Shown: positions 26,581 through 39,142 of the stretch, in pieces
Position numbering within the stretch: the first letter of the stretch is position 1
Layout of the letters: each line of letters starts with the position of its first letter
Origin: Eledone cirrhosa
Taxonomy: Eukaryota
Direction of reading: 5' to 3'
NCBI GenBank assembly: GCA_964016885.1
Contig: OZ024740.1
Span: 113,026,001 to 113,090,000, forward strand
DNA: 64,000 nt
Translations under genes and position numbers: made by a program
The notes under the pieces: model-generated
The model's database searches: none
Told to the model about the DNA's origin: nothing
Seen by the model: only the letters and a program-made list of their open reading frames with translations

Positions 26581-27590
26581 AGCTCAGGCCAGGTCTCTGG
26601 TAGCATGTAGCCCAGTACAACATGTTTCTTGGTCTGGTAGACGGCGACTAAACCGACTCCCCCACAAGACATTGGAATTGCGAGGAGGGTAAGTGGAAAA
26701 ACAGCAGCACAAAAACAAGAGCTGTCAAAGGGCGGATGAACTCCACAGAACCATCGACCATGCACCCCAACTATGAATCTAATAGCCTCACCTCGAAGCG
26801 TAGTGAATACGGCCATACTCTCCGGTGAGGTTAAATTCCATTACAATAACACATGTAATCCTCGTAACTGTCCTGTCATCTTGCCTTGGCTTGTCACTGG
26901 ACAAATAGCCGCGGGGCTGGAGCGGGTGTTATGTGTGTAGCATCTCTATGTGTACATATTTCCTCAGAAGTGCCACGATGATGCAGAAGAGGTAACATGT
27001 ATAGGCTCAACCGGTTAGAAACACATAGTCACAAATCTACGCCTTGACGTCTCGTGTTTCATCCTAATGTCGTTGGACTGTTAACCTGAATAACAACATG
27101 CTTAGGCGGAGTCTTGACTGTCTGAGCAGCCCTTTTGGGGATGCACTGCTCACATACACCACATAGGAAGGGTATAGAAAAGGTGACTTAAACAAAGCCT
27201 GTTCACTCATCATGTGATTGAGGGGGACACTGACCAGGCAGTGCTGCATGTTGTTTCGTGATTGTTCCTTCAGGTGCTTTCACGGCTGCTTGGATGCAAT
27301 CCATAATACATGTGACGCCTTAGTCTGGCTCGCCAATCTCGATCTATCTATCTAACTATTCTACATATGTCATACGACAAGAATAATTCCTCAAACTGGT
27401 TAGCAGGTTGCGTTTGGTGGTGGTTCATAATAGCAGGGCAAAAACCAAGAGATTCTATAACAAAAAGTACAGAATGAATGTCGGTACTTGGATCATAAGG
27501 AAACTTCTTAATGGTAGGGAATCCAGTAATCCTGAACATCGAACTGGAGTGAGTGAGGATCATTTGGTAGAAGCAGGGTTTGCTCGAATT
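26581..27590 (+). mobile_element. RTE-like 5' remnants
   Basis: ctggtagcatgtagcccagtacaac...ggcgactaaac matches 61917-61973; RMNVGTW...PEHRT (27470-27545) resembles the start of an RTE endonuclease. Confidence 0.4.
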
Positions 27591-28303
27591 TAATACTTCA
27601 TCACTATTCTTAGATATGATAGAATCAGGCAGTTTTATTTTACTTGTATAAAAATTATTGATGTAAGTTCAAATCCGATATACCAGCTGGCGGGCTTAGG
27701 TGTTGCATTCCCATCGCTCCGCTGGTATATATGGATGTACCCAGAGATTGTTTTCCTGTTCCATCACTTAGGGCGTGGCTACAGTTTGGTTTATAGCTGG
27801 AGATGTTTCCTATTTGGCTAATCATTTTCGTGCCACTCTCTCAATTAATTAATCTTGATTAATGGTCTTGTTGACACTTAAAATAATCCAGGTGTACCAA
27901 CTTATAATTCTCAGATGCTAAGGTTTGTCAATTAGTGGCGCCAGGTTAGCAAGGTGGTAATTCATTTCGATATTTGGTCTGTCGTAAATTATATTTGCGG
28001 AAGAGGTAGAGTTATATGCGAGTACTTTCATAATAGATATCTTTGTTTATTTGCCACAGGGGCGTACACAAATGAGACATTACAAGACGTGACGGCGAGG
28101 GTTTTACATAAAAAACATAAAAATAACTTTAACATTAATAAATAACGATAAACTATATATAATAAAATAACAATTGAAATCCCCAGTAGGGGGGGGGGGG
28201 ACGTTACTGCAGGGTTGTTTACACCCCGTGGATAGAATAACCCTCAACACCAGGAACACGTTTTGTAGGTGTTCCTGTCTTCGCACTGTTTATCTTCCCC
28301 AAC

Positions 28304-31300
28304 CTACAGGTTTATATACAGAGAAGGCCCATTCACTCGGGCCATTTTAGCCACATTCACCCACCTTTCAGCGAATTTACTGGGGTGTAGCACCTCTCTC
28401 CACTCTCACCTTCCTTCTGAAGTGATACTTAAAGAAGGGGATAAGTTGTTGTCTGGAGAGAAAGGTGCTTGCCCTCAGTCCTTTTAACCTCGTCCACCAT
28501 ATTACCTCTTTCGCCATAGCCACCAGACAGAGGAAAACCGCCTCTCCTTCGTTCTTAAATGAAGGCGGCGACGTGATCCTCACGATGGACTCGGCTGACA
28601 ACAGGATGCGTCCCACACGTGACAGCAACTGTTCGACATAATTCCACAGGTCGGCACTGAACAATTGTGTGCAGAACGGTTTCGATGTCCTGTCGCATCT
28701 TGGACAGGTCCTTTTGGCAGGATCTCTGCCAGGTCGTCCGTGCCAGTAGATTTTGTCTCGAACTGATAGAGCTTCTCGGTAGCACTGCCAGGCCAGAGAC
28801 CTCCGGAAGTTATCCATAGGCCCTGGATGGAAAGTCCTCCCGAACAGACTGTTCAGTTCGCCCTCCTCGATGCCTAGAGTTTCCCCGAGAACGTCGTCAC
28901 ACTTATCCTCCACTAATCCCCTATAGAATGTCGAAGTGGAGTCTCCGCTGATTGCCGTTTCCGCTTGGTAGAGGGCTGTGAGCGCCTGTAGGCACTCGAG
29001 GTGCCAGGAACCCATTTTCGGTCTTCGCTTGACCCAGGACTGCAGCTCTGTTAGTGAGACGAGTTGTGGAAGAGCTTGTCTCACATATGACAGCCACACC
29101 GGTTCACCGGTCAGGAAAACCTGGAGATGGCGTAGCCTCAGCGCATGTTTGCGCATCATCAGCCACGGCATGCCCAGCCCTCCGTTAGAAGGGTGTTGAC
29201 AGTAGATGGATCTTCTCACCAATGGAGCCTGTTTCTTCTAGAGGAACTTGAAAAGTAGGCGTTCCATATTGGTAAGGTATTCGCGGGGGCAAGGCACGAC
29301 TGTCAAGCGGTAGTAGATGACGGACGCTATGTTCGCCACCTCCACTCGACCTTTCAAGGAGAGTTTGCACTCAGCCCCCTTCTGGGTGAGTGCAAACACC
29401 TTCGCCGTGACCTCGTTCCAGTTCTTGTCCACCTGGAGGTCTGGACCGAACCAGACCACGAGCAATTTCACTGGTCCTTCCGTCCAGCGTCCAACGACAC
29501 TGTCAGAAGGCATGGGTTTGCCTCTCCATGTGCCGAGTTGCAAACCGACAGACTTGTTTGGGTTTAGTCTTGCTCCTGTCAACGTTTCGTATTCTTATTT
29601 CCGAGGTTTTCGATGCCATTACAGTTATGACGTCGGCATAGGCTGACGCTGCTTTCCGCAGTCCTGGTTCGAGCGGGATGCCCTGCAAGAGCTCCAATTT
29701 CCGCAGTAACGGCTCGAGAATCAGTACATACAGAATGGAGGAGAGAGGGCATCCCTGACGGATGGAACGCATGATTTTGAATGGCTCTGATAGGTAGCTA
29801 TTCACCTTGACTGCCGAGCAGATGCTTGTGTGCATTGCAGCGATCCAGCCTCTGAAGACGGGACCGAAGGCGGCCGCCTTGAGAACTGCTTCCAAGTATT
29901 GATGGTCGACCCTATCAAATGCCTTAGACTGATCTAAATTGATCAGAGCCCCACCAAAGCCAGGTTTACACCCTACCCTCTCTATGATGTATTGCATGAG
30001 GTGGAGGTTGTCGTGTATGGACCTGGTCGGGATTGTACACGTTTGGGCTTCCCTACCAGCTTCTCGACGACAAGCGCCAGCCTTGCTGCTAACACCTTGG
30101 CCAAAATCTTTATGGGCCTGTAATTGCTTATCTCATCTCCCTTGTTCTCATCTTTCCTGATCAGCGTTACTACGCCTCTGCCTACAGAACTGGGAATCCT
30201 CCCGTTCTGCTGCCAGTTGCAGTAGACCGCTTCGAGGACGCCAGAGAACAAGTGTGGCATGTCTATGTAAAACTAGGGTAGACTATCTAAACCGGGTGAT
30301 TTGCGTTTCCTGCAGCGGCCTAAGGCATCTTCTATTTCGCCCGCTGTGATCGGCCTTTCGCAGCTCTCCGCATCCGTGCTTGAGGGTCGCGGTACGCCGT
30401 CGAGGTAGGAGCTGAAGTCCATCACCTCGCTCGATGTACCGCTTTGCCCGAACAGTTGTGTTAAATGCTGCTGGAAGGCCGCGCACATCTGCTTGGATTC
30501 AAGTATAATGCGTCCATCTTTGTCTTGCAAAGACCGAATTGTGCATTTGTTGCCACTTTTCGCCTCTGCCACTCGGGCCCAGCTAACAGCTTTGGCTCCC
30601 TCGTTTCTTAGAGCACGTGTTCTACTTCTGACAATACAACCTTCGTGTATCACGTTGAAGTACTGGTCTAGTGCCGTTCTCGCCGCTAGCACGTCAGCTG
30701 TACTGCCATTCCTAAGTGCCTGTTCTGTTTTAGCTACCAGTTCCTTTTCAGTTTTGTTTTTTTCTAAAGCTATTTCCTTGCTAAATGCTATCAATTCTAT
30801 TCTAATTGCTCTCTTGAGAGAGCTCTACCATCTGTTGTTGACGATCGCCTCCGTCAACTGGCACTTAACTAAGGTGTACTGTAGGCCTTATGCGCCGGGA
30901 GCGACATGTTTAGCTTCCAGTATCCGGGTCCCTCTCTATGTGTTCTATCAAGGTTGACTACGCAGGTGACTAATTTGTGGTCTGAATAGGCAACCATGTG
31001 CATTTGTGGACAGCTTAATGTTTCCTTATCATTCTGTCTAATTAAAAAGCTATCTAAATACGATCTAGAAGACCCAGTGCGGTTGCTCCACGTTCACAGT
31101 GGTGAACTTGGGACGTCTAGTCGATATCTATCAGCCAGTTGGAATTGGCTGATGAGATTTTTGAGGTTATTACACCCACCCACCCTCTATTATCACAAGC
31201 TCCTACATAGTCCCAACATGCATCTAAGATGCCATTCCAGTCCCCCGCTAACACTAAGGAGCGAGCCGTTCCCAGGAATGGCTCCAGACGCTTGAAGAAC

Positions 31301-31662
31301 TCTGGTCACGATGTCTCAGTCGGGGCATATACGGCCACCAGTCTGAAAGCTCCACCTTCACTACCATTCACGTCCAGGACCACCAGGCTGCTCTCCGGGT
31401 CCAAGTGAATCGTCTGTGTTTTGAAATCCAAGTTTTTTCGAAACAGAACACCAACTCCCCCTCCACCTTCTGGCTGACAGAGAGATGCGTAGTTCTCAAA
31501 ATCATCGAACATGGGGGTTAGCTGCTGCTTGTCGTGAATTCTGGACTCGGTGATGGTTATCACATCTATACAATGTGACCTGAGATCATATAAATGCTGG
31601 CCCTGTTTCCAGGACATGCCCAGGCCACGTACATTCAAACATCCAGCTTGTATAGTCGCCAT
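28304..31662 (-). pseudogene. ORF2: APE endonuclease + reverse transcriptase + C-terminal Cys region; frameshifted
   Basis: LNVRGL, VYAP, KSPGLDSLP, LDQSKAFDRVDH, IRQGCPLS, AYADVI, GGLGMP, TCPRC. Confidence 0.92.
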
Positions 31663-31702
31663 GTTGGTGAAGAAGAGTTAAGGAGAGAAAAGGCAGGAAC
31701 AC

Positions 31703-33755
31703 TTACCTTTTCATTTCGTGGAGGTCGGGTTGTTCGATCTCCATGTCCAGATTGGTGGTGTTTGGGGAGGGAGGGAGTCCTTTTAGCAGGACACGGTTAA
31801 GGGGCTTTTGGAAAGGGGGGGAGGGGGGCACATCATGTGGGAAGTTCTCTTTTAAAGTTTCATACTGTAGGGTTGTTACCCTGATATGTTTGAGGTTTAG
31901 GGGTGGGTCGTTGGTGGGAAAGGTTTTCCCTTCCGTTTGTATTGTGGGGTCCTTTCGGACAGTTTCCACCAGTTCTTTGTTTCTTGTTTTTATGTATGTG
32001 TAGTATGTTTTGTTTTTTATGTGTACTGTTACTGTTTGTAGTTTTCTTTTTGTGGTTGGGGTTTGTGATTGTGGTGGTGTGGGTGTTTGTTTTGTTGGTG
32101 AAGTGTTTGGTTGTGTTGGTGGTGATTGTGTTGTTGGTGTGTTTATGGTGGGGTTGGGTGTGTGCGTGTTTTCTGTAGATGTTTTGTGTCTTTTTTGTCT
32201 CTTTTTTGTTTTTTGGAATTTTGGGGTTCCTTTTTATTCTCGCTTGGAGATGTAGAGGTTCCCGTATCTGAGACTTCTGAATCAGGGGTAGATGGGAGGG
32301 GTATGTTGTGTGGTGGAATGTTTGTGCAGGTGTTTGTGGAAGTATTTGACAGGGGGGAAGAGGCAATTGAGGGTTTTTCAGTGGGATTTTGTGTGTGTGG
32401 TTGTCTCTGGTCTGTGGTGGTGTGGGAGTGGATGTTGCAGGTTTTTGTGTTTGGTTTGGAGTGTTGATGTTGGGGTTTTGGTGTTGGTAATAAGACCTTG
32501 TTTGTCCTCGGTTTGTTTAAGAGAGGGCAAAAGGCCTTTAAGTGTGTGGTTTTTCCCACACGTATGGCATTGAGGTCTTTTCCCCTCCTCTAAAATAGAG
32601 ATGACAGCTTCTTCAAGGACGATCCTGTCCGGTATTTTCTCAACTCACTCTCTGGCCTCATTTGTACCAGAACCTCGATGCAGGTTCCAAACCAGTTATT
32701 CCGGTCTGTCCTGTCTACAGCTAGGATGGTGTCCTCATCCTTCTTCAGGATGCAGCGTAGGATCCACCATATGTTGACCTCTGCTGGGATCCTGGTTATT
32801 TTTATTTTGTAGGATTTTCTTCCCATGTATGTGGGGAAGAAAATGTGTTGATCTGTTTTTATTGGGTGAACCGAGTGTTTTTGTGCCAGAGTTTCGCTCT
32901 TAAAGAGCACTGACACACTTCCATACTGTTTAACTCTTTGGCGGTATGTCACGTCTGGTTTGATGTCATTTGGTGCAGCTTCAATAGTGCTTGTTGGGAG
33001 CCTTATGGGTTTTTTGGTAATGATGTCAGCTGTTCTATAAATTAGCTTCTTTTTCTGTGTCATCTCTCTTACTTGTGGGGGTATGTGTATGTGTGGGGTG
33101 TCACTCTCAAACGTCACATAGTTGGAAGCTTCTTCCAAATACTGGGACTTTTGGGAAATTTCCATGGAGTAGTATTTAAAATCCTGTTGCTTAGCAACTG
33201 TTGCTGCAAATGAAATTTTGTTATTGTTGTTGTTGGTGGTGATGATGGTCTCATTCGTTGTGTTGCCACTGATTCCTTTTGTTGTGCTGTTGTTGTTCTC
33301 ATTTATTGTGTTGTTGTTGTTGGGCGTGGTGGTGTTTGTGTTTGCTACCCATACTTCCTTCTGTGTGTGGATACATGTGACCTTTGTGACGTCAGGCGTG
33401 TTCAGTTGCTTACAAGCAGCTGAAGCTTGTTCCTCTACTAAATGTTGAGACGATAATTGTTTCTACTTTTGGCACAAGGCCAGCAATTAACCAGTACATT
33501 ACTGGTGCTTTATTTTATCGACCCCGTAAGGATGAAAGGCAAAGTTTAATTCGGCGGGATTTGAACTCAGAATGGAAAGAGCCGTAACTCTATGCGTCAA
33601 AGCATGACGTCCGACCCTCTACCGATACTGCCAAGAGACGATAATGTTGGCATTCCTTTGTCCATGTCTGCTACTACCTGCTGGTCAAGTAGGCATGGCT
33701 TTCTCTTTCCATCTTCTTGTTTTGACAAAGAAGTAAGTGCCTTTGCTTCAGCCAT
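31703..33755 (-). pseudogene. ORF1 (gag-like, CCHC knuckle); frameshifted and SINE-interrupted
   Basis: EGKRPQCHTCGK/TTHLKAFC near 32520-32590; Asn/Thr-rich N-terminus; frame runs through the SINE insertion site. Confidence 0.8.
33455..33634 (-). mobile_element. SINE inserted in ORF1, 11-bp target-site duplication
   Basis: gagacgataat at 33447-33457 and 33635-33645. Confidence 0.92.
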
Positions 33756-34554
33756 TTGTTAAAAATTGAAGTGTTTTGCAATCATTTTTTTTCGAAAATA
33801 TTTTGGATGTTTTTTGCCCTGATATTTTGGGAGACTGACCAGATGAAAATTTGACCTGTCAGTCCCTCTACAAATTGGTATAAAAACAAAAGTTCACAAT
33901 GACGAATTTCTAAAGAAATTTAAACAAAACTTACCGAGAAAGTTTAACACATGTGTCTATCCCAGAGAGATAGATTTATGAATAGCCGCAATATCTCAAA
34001 ATTATCATTTACGCTATCCGATGAAATTTAAGATATACCAACATGCCAAATGCAAATAGATCATGTAATATCAATCAAGTGATACTTAGGTTTAAACATT
34101 CGTTAATCTCCCATCGGTGACATTCACTCAATCGGTACTGAGATTAAAATACACTAGATCATATGTAAATTTTTCTCAATTGTATATGGCAAATAAAAAC
34201 AAAGGCAGGAAATGCTCATTTGCATATAATGCGAATTATATTATTAAGCTGGTTATAATTAATTGATATTAGCACTGAGATAGTGTTATGCATAATATTG
34301 GTGTATGTGAAATCATATATGATATATCTATGCACAGTAAACATATGAGAGCCTCGCAATGAAAGAAAAAAACAATTTCCTTATGAAAAAATTATATATA
34401 CCGAATTGCTAAACGAAAAGATAGTAATTTGTCCCATTTCTTATCTCTCACATTATAATTCTACTGTCTAGCGCAACGTAACTCAGATTGTTCTATAACA
34501 CAAACCTTAACTCTAACACTTATATATTCGGAACAACATCCCTACACATACATA

Positions 34555-34833
34555 TCCATTAATGAAACAGTAAAAATATGTAAAACATTCCAAAAATGTT
34601 GCATCTAATAACTGCATATACACATGTACAGATACAAAGCATATACACATGCACACATACAACTCAAATCATCCACATCCACACATACAATAACATCCAT
34701 ATCTATACATGCATGCAGGCATACATAATCTACCTAGTTAATGTTGTGTAAATTCCAGTGAGAGAGTCTTGTGTCTATGTTAGAAACCGACTCTCTATTG
34801 GTAACAATTTGTGAAATTATAAAACCAGAAGAA
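34555..34833 (+). mobile_element. 3' end of R4-like family D with (CATA)n tail
   Basis: Reverse-complement match to 58706-59020; encodes SINETVKICKTFQ; followed by catacatacata. Confidence 0.8.
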
Positions 34834-35143
34834 CATACATACATACATACATATATACATACATACGCATAATTATGCTTCAGAAATCTACACACAAAGA
34901 AATATATCTTTACTTATATATGACATTTGTAAGTATTGGAAGTGTATAAAAGCGAATGAAACGTAAATTGCTGTAGAAGAAAAGTGCGTGAAACCTAAGA
35001 GATAGGAAAAAAAGAAAGTGTGGATATCCTAGTACTTGGTGCCATCAGGGATTTGAAAAGTACGTTAGCTAATATCTAAGTCTATATATGTTTACACACA
35101 CACACACACACACACCCACACACAAACAAACTCACACACACGT

Positions 35144-35179
<36 letters not shown>

Positions 35180-35596
35180 GGGTGTGTGTGTCTATCTGGG
35201 TATTGGTATTTATGTGTTTATATATGTTCTTTCAGTATTTTTCATACTTACTAGAAACTAAAAAAATCAAAGAAATATTGACTTTACTATATATAAAGAG
35301 TTTGGTTGTGTGTAATTTTACGGCTGGATTTTCCTCGCGGTAATTCCGTTTCCCTACTTTTATGTATAAATAAGCGTATGTGTCTATATGTTTAAATTAA
35401 TTTATATAGCCGTGAATACATTAATGTATAAGTATGAACACATGCTTCCATATTTAAATTCATACACACTCACATAGAGAAACACAGAGAGGAATATTTG
35501 AAGTTTGCTTATAGATTAGTTAATAAGCAGCAATCAGCATCAGGACCGGCGCTTCAATTAGGCAAACTAGGGTGTAGACCTCAGAGTGGTACATTA

Positions 35597-35818
35597 ATGG
35601 TTTCTTATATAGGCACACGTCCATTAGTTTTGGGGGTGGGGGACAGTCGATTAAATCGACCCCAGTGCATTATTGGTACTTTATTTTAGCGACCCCGTAA
35701 GGATGAAAGGCAAAGTTAACCTCGGCGGGATTTTAACTCAGATCATAAAGGGCTGTAACTCTATGCTTGCTAAGCATGGCGTCCGACCCTCTACCGATAC
35801 TGCCAATCCACCGCCCTC
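35597..35818 (-). mobile_element. SINE with 16-bp target-site duplication
   Basis: gagtggtaca(t/c)taatg at 35584 and 35821. Confidence 0.9.
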
Positions 35819-36756
35819 TTGAGTGGTACACTAATGTAAAGTAAAAGTTCAGATAAATTTCAAAAGTTCAAATTCGTATAATTAACTTAAATATTCGATA
35901 ATTTTTTGCGGTCAATAAATAAATCACTAAGCATTTTTCTCACGTAGCATCGTTGTGAAAACACCCAGAGTAGTGGAGAGGGTTGCATGGTGTTATGTCT
36001 TATCACATGATTTGGTGAATGTGCATATATAGAGTGTGTAGTAGAAAATTTGGGATCAGTAATGTTTTTAGTGTGGTCAGAGTAAGAAGTAGCAAAAACT
36101 AGTCTCGCCAGCTTTCCTAACGCCAAGTTGAAATTATTTTATTTCGTAGAATTTGGCGCAGGATGGAACATGTACTATAAAGCTAACCTAGGCCGTTAAA
36201 TATTCAAACACTTGCCCTTTCTAACATTCCTCATGCGCATTTCCCTCCCAAATCCCCCGACTGGTGGAATGAAGTAACACATTTATACAAATTTATCCTG
36301 ACCTGAAGGGTTTCAGCAGAATGGACTGCGCTATAAACCCTGAAATGAAGGCACACGTAAAATACATTAAAACACAAACACACACACTCTCAGTCTCGTT
36401 CTCTCTCTTTCATACTTTTCCCTCTCAATCATCTCACATTCCTTGGCACTTTTCTTTAAGCCCTCTCTCCCCCAAGGGAGATGGGAATTGAGTGGGGATT
36501 GATGAAAGAAAGGAAGTCATGTGAGAAACAGTCAGAGGAGAAAAGTTGAGGAGGAGAATAGGAGTAACTATCCCCTTCCCCATATATATATATATATATA
36601 TATATACAAAACACAGCGCACGCAATAGAGACAGAGAGAGAATAAAGGGAGAGTGAAGGAGTAAAAAAAAAAAAAAAGACAAATCAATGAGACAAAGGGA
36701 AAGAGAAAGAAAACGTAAATAGAGCACCGACAGATAAATCAGTGATTATATATATA

Positions 36757-36949
36757 TAGGAAAATGTATGACCCTGACGGCAGAGCTCAAGCCGTTTCGA
36801 TGGCTATTTCTGGACTCGAGAAATATCCGTGAAACGGCTTGAGCTCTGCTGTCGGGGTCATACATTTTCCTATTACCCACTCTACTACCCTAAGTATTGA
36901 GTAATCTGGTGCGTTATGGTCCATCTGGTTCCTTAACACAACTCCTTCG

Positions 36950-36951
<2 letters not shown>
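36757..36951 (+). mobile_element. Family P1 copy 3 (palindromic)
   Basis: Same arms and tail as copy 1; apex tttctggactcgagaaat. Confidence 0.85.
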
Positions 36952-36988
<37 letters not shown>

Positions 36989-37048
36989 TAAATCTCTCTC
37001 TATATATATGTATGCATGTATTCATGTATGTATCCATACATACAAATG

Positions 37049-37221
<173 letters not shown>

Positions 37222-37249
37222 TATACATACAGAGAGAGAGAGAGAGAGT

Positions 37250-37295
<46 letters not shown>

Positions 37296-37903
37296 TAAGT
37301 AAATAGATAGATAGATAAACAGAGAGAGACAGAGAGACAGAGAGACTAATAGATAGATAGATAGAGTTGGATTGTGTGGAGGAAGAGTAATCTCCAGATA
37401 ACTGACAAAGACTCATACTAAAAGTAAGACGGGAAAATATATTTAGATGTAAGAGAATGTATAACACGAAAAGAAGCCTCAGTCTCTGTTTCACTTTCAA
37501 AGTATATAAAAAATAGAATATTAAGTATGAGGTGGTGGAAGGGATGGGTGGGTGGTAAAGTAAAGAGGTTTGATGTTTGAGCTTAGGTGGAATATATCAG
37601 AGAGTTATTATCATTGCGTTTGTTGTCGACGTCAACAACAATATCAACAACAAAAACAGCAAAACTACAACATCATCAACAACAACAACACCGAGAAAAT
37701 GTGATAATAAAAGTTGTTTAAAACTGATCAACACCAATCTGTTTACTTACGATGCTGACAACAACATCAACGACGGGTATTATTGTGGTAGGGATGAAAG
37801 TGGTGTGGATGATCATGTTTCTCAGAGAAATGGCATTGATGATGATGATGATGAGGATTATAGCCGAATACACAAGGTAATTGTGAATATTGTATATATA
37901 TAC

Positions 37904-38262
<359 letters not shown>

Positions 38263-38267
<5 letters not shown>

Positions 38268-38641
38268 AAGAGGCGGCCGAGCAGTGTGTCAACATACTAC
38301 TACGTCCGTCTCTGGGTCAAAAGTATAGCACGCACTTTTTCTTTGTTTTTCTTTGCTTGTTTCCGTTTGTATACATCTATTACACAATTTATACCTGATG
38401 AGGTCACCGGGTTCTTACGCAACCTGGCCACTGGAATGTGCATAGTATGTACAGTAATAAAAGATTAAGGAAATTCAACATATTTGGCCTCTTGTCATTT
38501 CACTTTATAATACATTTACTCCATTCCCACACTACCGACATGATTCAAAATTGAAGATGGATGAGTGCTTTTCTCATATTACACCAAGATTAACATTGCA
38601 ATGACCAATTCTACCCTTTGGTAAACCACCAAATTTAAACG

Positions 38642-38646
<5 letters not shown>
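38263..38646 (+). mobile_element. Penelope-pLTR-like element with hammerhead fold (~38391-38448)
   Basis: ATAC-CTGATGA-stem-GGAATGTGCATA^GTAT followed by AATAAA; homologous to 7690-8085. Confidence 0.6.
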
Positions 38647-38699
<53 letters not shown>

Positions 38700-38705
<6 letters not shown>

Positions 38706-39112
38706 AAACTGGAACACAATAGACCTGACCTGGTGGTTGTGGACAAAGAAAAAAGATCGTGCCTGATTGTGGATGTGGCCTGCCCGTTCGACACGAGAGT
38801 GCAAGAGAAGGAGAAAGAGAAAATTAACCGATACCAGGACCTAAAGTGGGAGGTGAAAAGGATTTGGAATTGCCATGAAGTCAAAGTGATCCCGATTGTC
38901 ATAGGCGCACTGGGGACTATCTCCAAAAGCTTCCAGGGATGGTTAAAGAAAATCGGCCCCTTCACGCTTTTTGGAACGCTTCAAAAGGCATGCTTGCTTG
39001 GAACAGCAAGAACCCTCCGATACGTCCTGAATATCTGAGGCTGCAGGTAGTGGCTTGATATTCAATCCAACGGACTTTCCAGTTAACCAACATCAATGAC
39101 TGAGATTCAAGG
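38700..39112 (+). mobile_element. R4/Dong-like LINE 3' fragment (family B) in (TAA)n
   Basis: Near-identical to 46034-46446; RPDLVVVD, DVACP, LLGTARTLR; (TAA)n on both sides. Confidence 0.92.
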
Positions 39113-39142
39113 AATAACAATAACAATAATAATAATAATAAT

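Larger units (their letters stand above)
28040..33960 (-). mobile_element. Tx1/L1-like non-LTR retrotransposon 1, near full length, decayed
   Basis: Two-ORF layout; AATAAA-containing 3' end; 5' end inferred from similarity to element 2 (approximate). Confidence 0.9.

Noticed and set aside
35541-36220. caggaccggc...taggc start resembling a hAT-type MITE end
   Set aside because: No convincing matching right terminus or target-site duplication.
37577-37880. Low-complexity ORF as a possible host exon
   Set aside because: Built from decayed AAC and GAT repeats and runs into microsatellites; no domain or splice support.
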